Shown piece after piece: positions 13,845 to 24,845 of a stretch of DNA of 64,000 bases. A program made the translations under genes and the position numbers. How positions within the stretch are numbered: the stretch's first letter is position 1; each line of letters opens with the position of its first letter. Below the pieces are notes generated by a model. The model made no database searches. It worked only from the letters and a program-made list of their open reading frames with translations, and was not told the DNA's origin. Source of the stretch: Nageia nagi (taxonomy: Eukaryota; Plantae; Pinophyta); contig JBITNC010000002.1 of assembly GCA_050084985.1 (NCBI GenBank), positions 24,366,001 through 24,430,000 of the forward strand. The letters run 5' to 3'.

Positions 13845-14611
13845 TCTAAACACCTAAAAATGATTTATTATTTATTTAATAAATCATATTTACAATTCCT
13901 AAATGACTTAATGCAATATTAAATATGTTAAGATAAATTTGATATTATAATGCAATGCCATGTGTTATATTAAATGCTATATCATTTATCATGGTTTATA
14001 TTTTAAATTATCTTGAATATAACAAAGTTTATATTATTGCTAGAGGTCGGTATTCACTTCTTTTTATGTCCTTGTAGGCTATATATACAAGTGGAATAGG
14101 TTGAATCCACATATTAGAACTCTTTGATATAATAAGATCTCTAATAGGTGGTTGTCTTTTGCTATCTTGATCAAGCAACAGTGTCTCTTGATGCCACTTA
14201 TTGTGAGAAATTGTTATATTTTGAGCTATAAAACTTTCTATCTTTCATGCATGACATAATTCGATATATCTTACATAGTTAATGATATGCTTCTCTTAGG
14301 CCATTAGCGATGTGCTTCTCTTAGGCTATCAATGATGTGCATCTTCTAGATCGAGGGTTTTAGATTTTATTGGTGAAGGCTACTGATTCATAAATGCGAA
14401 GATCCATCATGAGCTCGCCTCCAATCTGGTCCTAATCCTTCAAAGGTTCATTGCTATCTACTTTCAAGGATTGTACATACACTTCATATCAGATGCATGC
14501 TTTTCATGTATATTTGTTGTATTTGCTATAATGTACATATATATTCTTCTTATATTGTAGATCATTTTATTTATTATGTATATTTGTATTTTACACAATT
14601 TACAGTCTACA
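13845..14611 (+). repeat. 3' LTR (767 bp, includes a 25-bp tandem duplication)
   Basis: Follows the PPT. Aligns with 9366-10107. Extra GCTTCTCTTAGGC...GATGT copy at 14289-14338. Confidence 0.92.
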
Positions 14612-14617
14612 ACTACA

Positions 14618-15815
14618 AGGGCTTCATGCATTCATATATTACTTAAACTATTTGAAGAATATTTATAACATGTAACATTTAGAGGAAAATCTAAGCCATA
14701 TAATCTAAATTGAGAGATGACTCAAATCTATTAATCACGTGATTTAAATAAATGAATAAATGACATACAAGTTGGGTACATGTAAGAGATACGATCAACA
14801 ATGAAGAAGATATGAAGGATCAATTTAGGTAATTAGACCAGGTCATTTAGAGCCTTTTGAAAGGGAAATAATCAATAATGGTGAGGGGTTATTTAATAGA
14901 CCTAGGTCATTGATGACTACCTAAAATGAGGTTTTAATCATATGATGAAAATAAAAGCTTAAACCTAGTTAAACGTTTTGACTAATATAATCTCAATTGT
15001 TGAATGAATCAATGTTAAAGAAGATACGATAATACAACTTAATTCATTGGATTATTACTTAAAGATTTTCAATTGTGGACATGGAGAAGGGATTAGTCAA
15101 ATGATAGATACTTTCAATAGAAATTGTTGGATATATACATAATCTCATTGAAGTATATAATCAAAAAATAAATCAATGACTCAAAATAATCAAGAAAAAA
15201 AGAAGTTCTTGAATTTGAGGAAATTCAAATATTATAAATTAGGGTAGATATAAAGGTTTTTTAGTGAACAAATTATTAACAATTTTTGTTTAGATCAGTA
15301 AAAAAATAAGAAGGAAATCAATCTCCTAAATAAAATTTCAAGAAAATATTTACAAGAAATTGATGATAGAAATAAAAAGGCATCAAAACACTAGAAAATG
15401 AAATATGGATAATAATTGTCTAAGACATATATCCCCTTCAAAGTTAGATTACAAGAATTTTCTAAAGAATCTTCTCAATATCTTGTGAATATTCTTGATC
15501 AATTGGAAGTAAGGATATTTCAAAAAGTGTTGTGACTTGCAAAAAGGATGGGATTCATATTACCAAATCAAACCTCTATACTCCAACTAGTTTGGAGATT
15601 AGAATATAGGGTAATTAGTTGGAATATCTAACTAAAGAGAAATCATATAGTCTTCAAAGATGAGAACTCTTTTTAGAATTGAGAAATCATTGATAAAATT
15701 AACATGACCTTTTCAAGGTGCTCAAACTTGATCAAAGAGGATCCACACATGAACAAGAAAATTCTTTTTAGATAAAACTTGATCTCCCATTAAAGAGGGT
15801 GTAACATAAATCAAT
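14618..15815 (+). mobile_element. Degenerate retroelement 3' end terminating at a (TA)n tail (possible LINE)
   Basis: Stop-riddled purine-rich sequence ending TGTAACATAAATCAATAA then (TA)n. Confidence 0.35.
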
Positions 15816-15816
15816 A

Positions 15817-15840
15817 ATATATATATACATATAAATATAA

Positions 15841-15890
<50 letters not shown>
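15817..15890. repeat. (TA)n microsatellite, imperfect at left
   Basis: Direct observation. Confidence 0.97.
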
Positions 15891-15893
<3 letters not shown>

Positions 15894-16120
15894 GCTTAGG
15901 GTTTCTGCGGGACTAATGAAAATCATCCTCTTTTCACAATTTTATTGTCTTTGATCATATTGTTATTTTTAATTTAATCAATTTTATTTTGAAATGTCAT
16001 ATATTTTTATATGACATTTCAAAATAAAATTGATTAAATTAAAAATAACAATATGATCAAAGATAATAAAATTGTGAAAAGAGGATGATTTTCACTAGTC
16101 CCGCAAAAACCCTAAGCTGC
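15891..16120. repeat. Near-perfect inverted repeat, 113-bp arms, 4-nt TTTT loop
   Basis: GCAGCTTAGGG...ATA (15891-16003) pairs with TAT...CCCTAAGCTGC (16008-16120). Three mismatches seen. Confidence 0.97.
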
Positions 16121-17060
16121 CATGCCAAGCTGCCCTACATTAATTGTCCTTGCTTTGGTCAGACCACCACATTTGATAGCATATATGGGATTTCTACTCA
16201 TATTGATTAGCCATCCTTTCGTTGCCTCTAGCAATGAGCTCTGGTGTGTTTAAGAATGGCTGAGCCTCATCTTATCGATTCACTTTCTAGTGAAGTAGCT
16301 CACATGCAAGATGATGCTCGGTAAGAAGCCACAGAAACTCCTATTGAAGGTAGAACATGAGGTAATTCTCATGTCCCTTGAGTTTATAATCCCTTGCATG
16401 AATTTAAGGAGTCCTATGCATGGTTTGAATCACACCATCTGGTTGGTTATTTTCATAGTAGAATTCTTAGTTAGTCTATTTTACATCAATGGGTTTCTCA
16501 AGTCTGGGGCCGTTATGGGTTTAAGGTTGAGAATGTGCAAAACCTGACCAAAGGGTATTTCTTATTTTGGTTTTTTTACCCCATGCATGTCAAGAAAATC
16601 CTATCCAAAGGACCTTGGATAGTCTAAAACTCTTTGCTAGTTTTGTAACTATACTTTGGTTCTTTTGATGTGTCACAATCACAAAGCTCCTCTATGGAAG
16701 TCCCTATTTGGATTGAATTCCCTAATCTCCCCCATACCCTTTGGAATTTTTTGAAACCTTATGTTGAGCAAATTAGCACATTTGTGTGTTATGAACTCGA
16801 GCAGTTCTTTATGACTTGACTGATTAGGTGTGTGTGTGTGAGGCTAAACCTCACGAAAGATCATCCTCATGAAATTGACTTAGTCAATGATGTTGAGTTT
16901 GTTCATTAGAAGGTTAATTACATTGGTCTCCCTGATACTTGCTTCCACTTCCAGTACCTTCACCATAAAATTTGGGAGTGCCCCCTTATGAAAGGAAGGT
17001 TTAAAGCCCAGACTCATACTACTGCCCCCTTGCAAGCTAATCCTGCACCTACTACCTTTA

Positions 17061-17554
17061 TGAAGGAACTACCACTAATAAGATAATTCTTAATCAACCA
17101 AGATCACATGAAAGCTCACAATTACATCTAACAAACTCACAAAGCAATCTCACAACACAAGATGTAAGTGGTTCCTCCAACTAGGAGTACATCCACTAAC
17201 TAGATCCTTACTTCAATCACAAATACAACTCTCTTACAATCCTCCTAATCTCAACTCCTACACTTCTATCATATAGCATAACTTTACTCTACTATTGGTG
17301 TATGATCATAAAGAGGAAGCCTTCTATTTATAGGCCAAAATCCCTCTTTGGATCACCCTTCTATCCAATGTACAATAGCATGACATGCACATCCTTTTAC
17401 CTAAGGGGCATGCTCATGACATGGAGTGTAGGACAAGTTACATTATCATATTCACTTAAATACTTAAGTTATGAAATGATACCCTTAAGTATTAATGAAC
17501 TTACATAGAATATTTAATACAAACCTTTACAATAATGCATTATACATTCCAACA
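17061..17554 (-). repeat. 3' LTR of the copia element
   Basis: On the minus strand, PPT AAGGGGGAA is followed by TGTTGGAA...TTCCTTCA, an imperfect terminal IR. Confidence 0.8.
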
Positions 17555-18019
17555 TTCCCCCTTAATGCAATATTTGGATAGAGCAAGTAAGAGAGAAGAA
17601 GAAAAGAAAGTAAGAGAGTTCTCCTCCAAACAGATACAATAGAGATGAGAACTTTTTACATATTTGTGAAGTAAGAAAGATTTAGTTTGAGACTCACTAC
17701 TTTGCCAAATACAATCATTAACCACAATCGATTTCAATGTACATGAAGTAGTCATTCAACTGGAAGTCATGAAAAGTCTCCAAGAGCCTGCATACTTGAG
17801 GTAAGTAACCTGTAATCTTAAAGGAACTTGCAAGTCATAAGCAGCTCAAATAACAAGATCAGTTAGATGCATCATATTCATATCAACAAGGATAGATGAA
17901 TCACACAAATGCCATCATGAACTGATCAATGGTGCATTATAAGTCATCATGAAGATGCCATGCCAAAAAACTTATAGTCACCTGTTGTATATAAAATATG
18001 TGTTGATTATCATTACAAA

Positions 18020-18235
18020 ATAGAACATGCACATACGAGTTCCTCACATATGGATAACTGAACAGTGTCAAAAGACACATAAGAGTTCCTCACACATGGA
18101 TAATTGAATAGTGCTAGATTGACCAAAAATAGAGTATGCACATACGAGTTCCTCATATATGGATAACTGAATAGTGCCAAAAGACACATAAAAGTTCCTC
18201 ACACATGGATAGTTGAATAGTGCTAGATTGGCCAA
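18020..18235. repeat. Tandem repeat (two ~110-bp units, each with two related sub-units) in the copia 3' UTR
   Basis: AGTTCCTCAYAYATGGATA occurs four times. Confidence 0.9.
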
Positions 18236-21200
18236 TTTGTACAACAAGTTCTTCACGTAGAATGAACTTACCACGAAGGTATTCAACAAAATCAACACAA
18301 TATAGCGCAAAATCCTCCTAGGGGTGAAGTTGTCATCATAAACAAGAATTCAAACTTCACTCCCCCTTGAGGGCAACTTCACCAACTCGATAACATCCCT
18401 AAGCTTATAAAAATGAGCTTACGAGAGGGGCATAGTGAACAAATCAATGGAGTTCAAGGTGGATGAACAATACTCCATGTGTATGATGCCATCAAGAACC
18501 TTCTTCCTGATAAAATGGGTATAGATTTTCACATTTTTTGTTCTCTGATGGAACACAAGATTCTTATCCAAAGAAATAGCTATTTGATTATTTGAAAAAA
18601 TCAAAGATAAGCCACCTTGGTCATACTTAATTTCTTTTAGAATATGCCTTAGCCAAATGGCTTCCTGGGTTGTAACAAACATGGCATGATATTCAGCTTT
18701 TGTGGTGGAAAGAGAAATAGTAGGCTACTTCTTGGAAGCCCAAGAGATAGCACCTAAACCAATGCTAAACATATATGCAGAGGTTGACTTCCTATCATCT
18801 CTATCTTTCCCATAGTTAGAATCTGAGAATCCAGAGAGAACAAATGAGGGCAACTTGGAATACTTGAGAGCAAGATCCTTAGTCTTTGTAACATACCTCA
18901 AGATTTGCTTAACAACATTGAGGTGCTCAACATAAGGTTTCTGCATGAATCGTGCCATCAGATTCACTGCAAAGGCAATATCTAGCCTAGATATAGTCAA
19001 ATACAAAAGACTACCAATTAATTACCTATAAGCTGTAGCATCAGCTAACTAAGAGTTGGAGCTTAGAGAAATAGTGATTCCAGGAGAGATTAGTATTGCA
19101 GCATATCTACACTTCTCCATTCCAAACTTTTGTAAGATGTTTGATATATACCTAGATTGATTGAGGTAAGTACAATCCTTGTATTAATACACTTGCATTC
19201 CAAGATAGTAGTGCAAGAGATCAAGATCAGTCATTTCAAATGTTACCTTAAGTTTGGATATGTACTCTTGAATGATTTCATCATTATTCCCACTAATCAA
19301 AAGATCATCCACATAAAGGAGAATTAAGACCACGTCTTTTCCTTGATTGAGCACATATAGATCGAAGTTAGAAAAATACTTAAAGAAACCAATGTCTGCA
19401 AAATACCTTGAAATCTTTTCGTACCAGGCTTGAGGTGCTTGCTTAAGTCCATACAATTACTCCTTTAGCTTGCACACAAAGGACTCTTTGCCTTCCATAA
19501 TAAACCCTTTTGGTTGATTCATGAAGATTTCCACATCTAAGTCACCATTAAGAAAAGCACTCTTGACGTTAAGTTGAAAAACTTTCCATCCTTGAGCTGC
19601 AAAAAGAGCAAGGATAACTCTCACAAAAGGCATCTTTGCCACGGGTGTGAAGGTTTCCTCATAATCTACATTTTATTTCTAAGCAAAGCCTTTAGCTACT
19701 AACCTTGCCTTGTATTTCTCAATATCTCTAACTAAATTGAACTTGACCTTGTAGATCCATTTATTGCCAATCACATTCTTTTCATTGGGATAAGGAACCA
19801 AGTCCCAAGTTTTATTTTTCATAAGCACCTCATACTCCACTTTCATGGCTTCCATCCAACACTTGTGCTTAAAAGCTTCTTTGAAAGTTGAAGGCTCATG
19901 CTTGTTGTCAATCTTAGCAATTAAGGATTTGTTCAAGGTCATGCTCCTTATTACCCTTTGAGTTGGAGAGTTTTGTTCTTGAGGTGACTTGTCTACATTA
20001 ATATCTAACCAGCTACATGCTACTAAAGAGTCCTTTGGATCATCAACATCCTCATTAGAAGTAGATTCATCAGGAAGTTCATTGAACTTTACATTCTTTG
20101 AAATGAACATTGCTTTATAGGTTGGAGAGTAGAGCCTGTAGCCTCTATTCTAGCTGTCATAACCCACAAAGATGCATTTTTTAGCTCTTCTGTCCAACTT
20201 CTTTTTCTTAGAAACAATATAGGAGAATGCTTCACAACCAAACACCCTAAGGTGAGAAATGTTAGGTTTTCTTCCTGACCATGCCTCAAAAGGAGTTTTA
20301 CTCTGAACGGCTTTTTTAGGACACCTATTCAAGGTGTAAATAGCAGTGCTCATAGCTTCACCCCACAAGAATTTAGGAAGATTACCCAACATGCATCTAG
20401 CCATCTCCATAATTGTTCTATTTTTCCTTTCGGTAACACCGTTCTGCTGAGGAGTGTATGGAATTGTAAACTACCTCTTGATTCCATACTTAGCATAATA
20501 CTTATTGAACTCATTGCTATTATATTGTTTTCCATTATCGGATCTCAACATCTTGATTTTAAGGTTAGTTTGATTCACAATAAAAGCCTAAAAAACTTTA
20601 AAACTCTCAAATGTTTGATCCTTGTGCTCAAGTAGATACCCAAAGGTCATCCTACTAAACTCATCAATGAAGGTCAAGACGTAAGATCCTCCTCCAAGTG
20701 ACTTAGTCTGAAATGGATCCATCAAATCTAAATGCACAAGTTGAAGAGGTTGAGATGCTCTTGTTGCCTTATCTTTTTCAAATTTTTGTCTATGCATCTT
20801 ACCAAGAATGCACTTCTTGCATAGACCAACCAAAGGAGAAATTGAAGGCAAACCTTCCACAAGTTATTGATCTTTCATGACTTGAATACTCTTATGGGTT
20901 GGGCTAGGAAAAGTTTTCCAGTCTCCGTGGTGGAAGGATTGGGCTTGGCCCAAAAAAGTTAGGTTAATGAAGTACAAACCCCACCTTGGGCACTCCTGAC
21001 TTTCTCATCATGTTCCTATGGTGGATATTCTCAATTTAAGATGGGATCTTGTCTCCTCACCATCTCGATGGTGACTACATTTTTGCATAATTTGGAAGTC
21101 CTATCTGGAACTTAAGCATAATTTTTTTGTGTGGAGTTTATTGCATCAAGGCTTGCCTATTGGGGTTCAAAGAAGTTATCTAGGAGTGCTCAACTTGACT

Positions 21201-22600
21201 TGTGCATTTTGTAACTCCCTTGAAGACTTTTTGCATGTGTTTTGGTCCTATTTGAAAGCCAAAGAAGCTTGGGAATGGATTTTATCTTTTTTTAACTAGT
21301 TCTTGGTTACTCTATGTTCTTGGGTTCATGAAATTTTAGGAGACCCACTTTAGTTTTCAAAATCCCTATAAGAAGTTTGGCACATTTTTCATACCACTAT
21401 CTTGTTTCATCTGTAGAAAGCTAGAAATAGAATTATTTTTAGCAGGGAGGATGTCTCTACTTCTTTTTCTCTTGCTGACAAATATGCTATTTTTTACGAT
21501 GCTTAGTTGTAGATTATTATGCAAGCAGAGAAGATAAACATGGAAGTTTAAACCTTATGTCATATGCTGGACATCTGGGCCAATGCCCCCTGTGCCATGA
21601 GCAGAGTTCCCCCTGATCGACCTCCTCCTCAACAGCAGCTTCAACGATGACGTTCTTCAGGTTCACGATGATGGGCTTCCAGATATGGTTCCTCGTGGGA
21701 CCATCCTTCCTCTTCGCTTAGACGTCATTGGTCTCAATCATCATAGAATCCCAAGCGGTTCCGCTCAGATGTGCTCTCTCCCTTGCGTGTTCATTTTGGT
21801 TAGGATGTACATCCAAGGGACTCTCCTTCGATGGTTGGCTAGGGCCATGGATCTCCTCGCCCTTAGAGTAGTTGGGGGGATGTGCTAGAATTGGTTAGCG
21901 GGCCTCACCCTCAGCCTCCTGTGCCTATCGTTGCGACTCTTGAATTGGATGGCACTTCTTCTTAGGCGGGCCATGATGGTTGGAATGATGCTCCCTCTGA
22001 TAACCATTGTTGGGCTTACTTGGGGTCAACTGACAACTTCGCCTCCCTATCCTCTTGAATAGTTAGTTTTCTTTTTTCAATTGTGCTTCACTTCATAAGG
22101 AGTTTTTGGTCTCCCGATTAACTATGGCTACTTTTGTTTTGATGTTGGTTTTATGCTTCCTAACCCAAATGTAATTAGTATAACTCTTTTGAAGTGTGCT
22201 CTCTACCACCAAACCTTTTTTATATGACTAGATTTACATTTTAATAATATAAAATCTTTTCATAAAAAAAAATAGACAATAAAATTAAGTAATACTAAAA
22301 TATTATCTCTTAACAAATTTATAAACTATTCATCTCATTATCGGTATCATTGAAAAAAAAAATACAAAACGCATGTGTCAAAGTAGTTGTACTTGGCATC
22401 ACTATCAAATAAAACCCAATCACTAGTCGCTAGTGAGGTCCCTCTGCAGTATCCGTTGAACATCTCGTATGCTAAAACTTTTTCCAATCAAAACTATATT
22501 CCATTGTTCTCAGCTTATCCTCTAAATACATTCGTGAGTCGAACATCCCTGCAATCAACCTCATCCCCTCTGCTGAAAGCTACTGCTTTTCCTCGCAATA

Positions 22601-22846
22601 ATGGCAACACTATTGCCTCTGACGATTTCTTTACAGTACAATGGCAATGTAAACACAACCACAAGCTCTGCTATTCCATTTGCCAAACTAATGCCAAGGC
22701 TTTCTTCTTCTTCTTCAGGCAAAACCAGAACAATGCCCTTTTTTTTGGGAGCTTATTTGCCTCTAAAGTCTCTCAAATCTAATTTCAGGCCTTGCAGAGT
22801 TATGACTACAGTCAGAGTTGTAGCACAATCAGATTTTGCAGACCAT
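22601..22846 (+). CDS. PRIN2: PRIN2-like plastid protein, exon 1 (transit-peptide-like N-terminus to DFADH)
   Basis: MATLLPL... is S/T-rich and acid-free, 82 codons. Phase-0 GT donor at 22847. Confidence 0.8.
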
Positions 22847-22965
22847 GTACAGTCCTTTTTCCATCGCTTTATCTCTCACCATTTTTTGTTTTGTTTGGTT
22901 ATGTGAAAAATAGTGATCAGAAAAATATTCCAACTAAAACTGTGGGTTTGTTTCCAATGTTGCAG

Positions 22966-23061
22966 GAAGCATCCAGATTCAGGGATGGACTTCTGAAGAT
23001 GCTTGCAGATGACGAAAACATTGGGGAACTCAGAGTAGCTATGGTGGAGACTTGCACAAAG
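22966..23061 (+). CDS. PRIN2: PRIN2-like plastid protein, exon 2 (EASRFRDGLLKMLADDENIGELRVAMVETCTK)
   Basis: TTGCAG acceptor, AAG|GTAGCT donor, 96 nt in frame. Resembles the recalled PRIN2 segment ETKKFRDHMLNKL...IVGVCTE. Confidence 0.85.
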
Positions 23062-23501
23062 GTAGCTCTTCTAATTTCTTTTTGAAATTTTTTTCAGGGT
23101 GCTGATTTCCTCTATTTTAGAGTTTTATCGTCGAAAGAGAACCACCATTTTGATTTAGCAATTGAAGTCAAATATCAATTTCCTAATCTTTGGTTAGTAG
23201 AACACTCTTCAAGGAGTAATCTTGTGCCCAAATAGTATAGGCCTTCACTCGTTTTGTCATTCTGTGTTTTGGGTTTAACCTTAGTGGGATTATCGTTAGC
23301 TTCTACAGTAAAAGTCCATAGTATGTCCAAATAGTTTAGAACAATACCCACAACTATCTACTCTGCAGTATACGCACTGAGCTTCTAAGTTTCTAGGAGA
23401 GTTAAGTCTGTAAACCCAACGACCCACATTTCCTTTAATATTTGTAGAAGTATACGGAATCAACATACACACTCACATGCTCACATTCACGGTAGTAGAA
23501 C

Positions 23502-23615
23502 ATCCTCACATCAGAAAAAGATACGAACTTGTATATCACTCAAGACCCATTTGAAAGTAGATCATCCTCATCAGAAAAGGACACGAACTTGTATATCACT
23601 GAAGACCCATTTGAG
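23502..23615. repeat. Two-copy ~60-bp tandem duplication in intron 2
   Basis: CATCCTCA..CAGAAAA..ACGAACTTGTATATCACT.AAGACCCATTTGA occurs twice. Confidence 0.9.
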
Positions 23616-24825
23616 ATGCCCAAAATATTTGCAGTCCTAGATGGTCAATGGTTTTCAATAAGATATGGATTTTAAACCCTGATAATGTTTGTATTAGGTT
23701 GCTTACGTACTCATACTGCATCTCAAGGCCCCATATCCAGGGACAAATAAAGAAAGAGATAGGACTTTTCATACTTATGCAAACATCATGGTCATGATCC
23801 CAGTGCAGAGCAAGGTAAGTTCTAACACATGCATTTTTAAAACCATGATCACGATTTGGAAATTGCCGAGTGATTGCACACAGTACATGCAAATGACCAA
23901 GCAGGCCCTCTACGTAGGTTTCAGCGTCAGGTAATGGTTGAGTTGGTGCAACTTTGTATACAGATAAAAAACTGTACAAAATATCTTTTACATTATCCTG
24001 TGCTGGTTTTGATTCTGGCTAGTTAAGTATCAATCCACTTAGTCCAACAAGATGGTAATAGGAATGCGCCACAGCACACCACTGACTTATATAATTCACT
24101 TTGAACTTTGAAGTAATGCAAAATAAACTTTTATTTGCTTCCTTACTCTTTGATACAGCCAATTACAAGGTTCAAAGAAAATGCAGGTAAGTTATAAAAA
24201 CACATTAGATTTGCTATAAGTGAAGATCCTACCAAAATTATAACATGCAATGCCTGTCCCTTGACGTCCATTGCCCTAAGGCATTTATATTTTTGTGATT
24301 CCAACCAACTCTCTCTCTATTACCAAGCCAATGGAATATAACAAAAAAGATAATGCAACAAACTGAGAAAGTATCATTCATTCTATTCATTTATTTACAC
24401 TTTTCATTTTATCATATTTTTCTTGCTTTGGGTATAGTTAGATACAATGGGCCTTCACAGCCATCCAATATACCGAACTCTCTGGGACCTTTGCAGAACT
24501 TGACTGAGATATAACTACTAAACTCAAAACTGTCATGGGTCATCATGACTTTCTAGAAATGTCTAGTCACTAAAATATCATTTGCTTTCATGTGTCCTTC
24601 CATTGACTACCCAAAGAGCATAAGTTTTTTACATAAGTGGAACGGAGGTCCAAAACCTTTTGGGAATAAGATCTCTGTGTTCAATACTCCCCTGGGATTA
24701 TAATTGAATTCTCTGTTATTCATGGCATGTTTATGCTCAGGTAAATTTATTTTATGAAATTCTTCTTTTGATAGTTCCTTGCATTTAGAATCCATATGAG
24801 ATAGTTTTCAATTATCTCAGCCAGG

Positions 24826-24845
24826 ATATATATATATATATATAT
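24826..24845. repeat. (TA)n microsatellite
   Basis: Direct observation. Confidence 0.95.

Larger units (their letters stand above)
9366..14611 (+). mobile_element. Non-autonomous (LARD-like) LTR retrotransposon, Tat/Ogre-like, no recognisable pol
   Basis: Direct repeats 9366-10107 and 13845-14611 ending TCTACA. Perfect 5-bp TSD ACTAC (9361-9365 and 14612-14616). PBS-like TGGTGAACTTGAC at 10111. PPT AAAGAGGGGTAAAA at 13831-13844. Confidence 0.92.
17061..20897 (-). mobile_element. Ty1/copia LTR retrotransposon, 5'-truncated (integrase, RT, RNase H, 3' LTR)
   Basis: Minus-strand ORFs give integrase (CKKCILGKMHR, FIDEFSR), RT (YKARLVAKG, VKSAFLNG, YGLKQAP, LYVDDLL) and RNase H (FSDSNY, DRKSTS) in copia order. 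Confidence 0.96.
16074..22272 (+). mobile_element. L1-type LINE, internally deleted and interrupted by Ty1/copia
   Basis: ORF1 remnants: GYFLIL, GPW, PIWIEFPNLP (~16550-16735) and knuckle CFHFQYLHHKIWECP (~16940-16985). ORF2 C-terminal zf CAFCNSLEDFLHVFWS at ~21201. A-tail 22264-22272. 13-bp TSD AGA(T/C)AATAAAATT at 16061-16073 and 22274-22286. Confidence 0.85.

Noticed and set aside
18020-18235. Regularly spaced repeats reminiscent of a CRISPR array
   Set aside because: The 'spacers' are themselves repeated, the context is a eukaryotic copia UTR, and there are no cas genes.
22387-23085. Overlapping ORFs 22387-22782 and 22792-23085 as separate genes
   Set aside because: Alternative frames or intron read-through of the PRIN2-like exons.
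23596-23979. 127-aa antisense ORF in intron 2
   Set aside because: Non-ATG start, no recognisable motif, no supporting splice structure.
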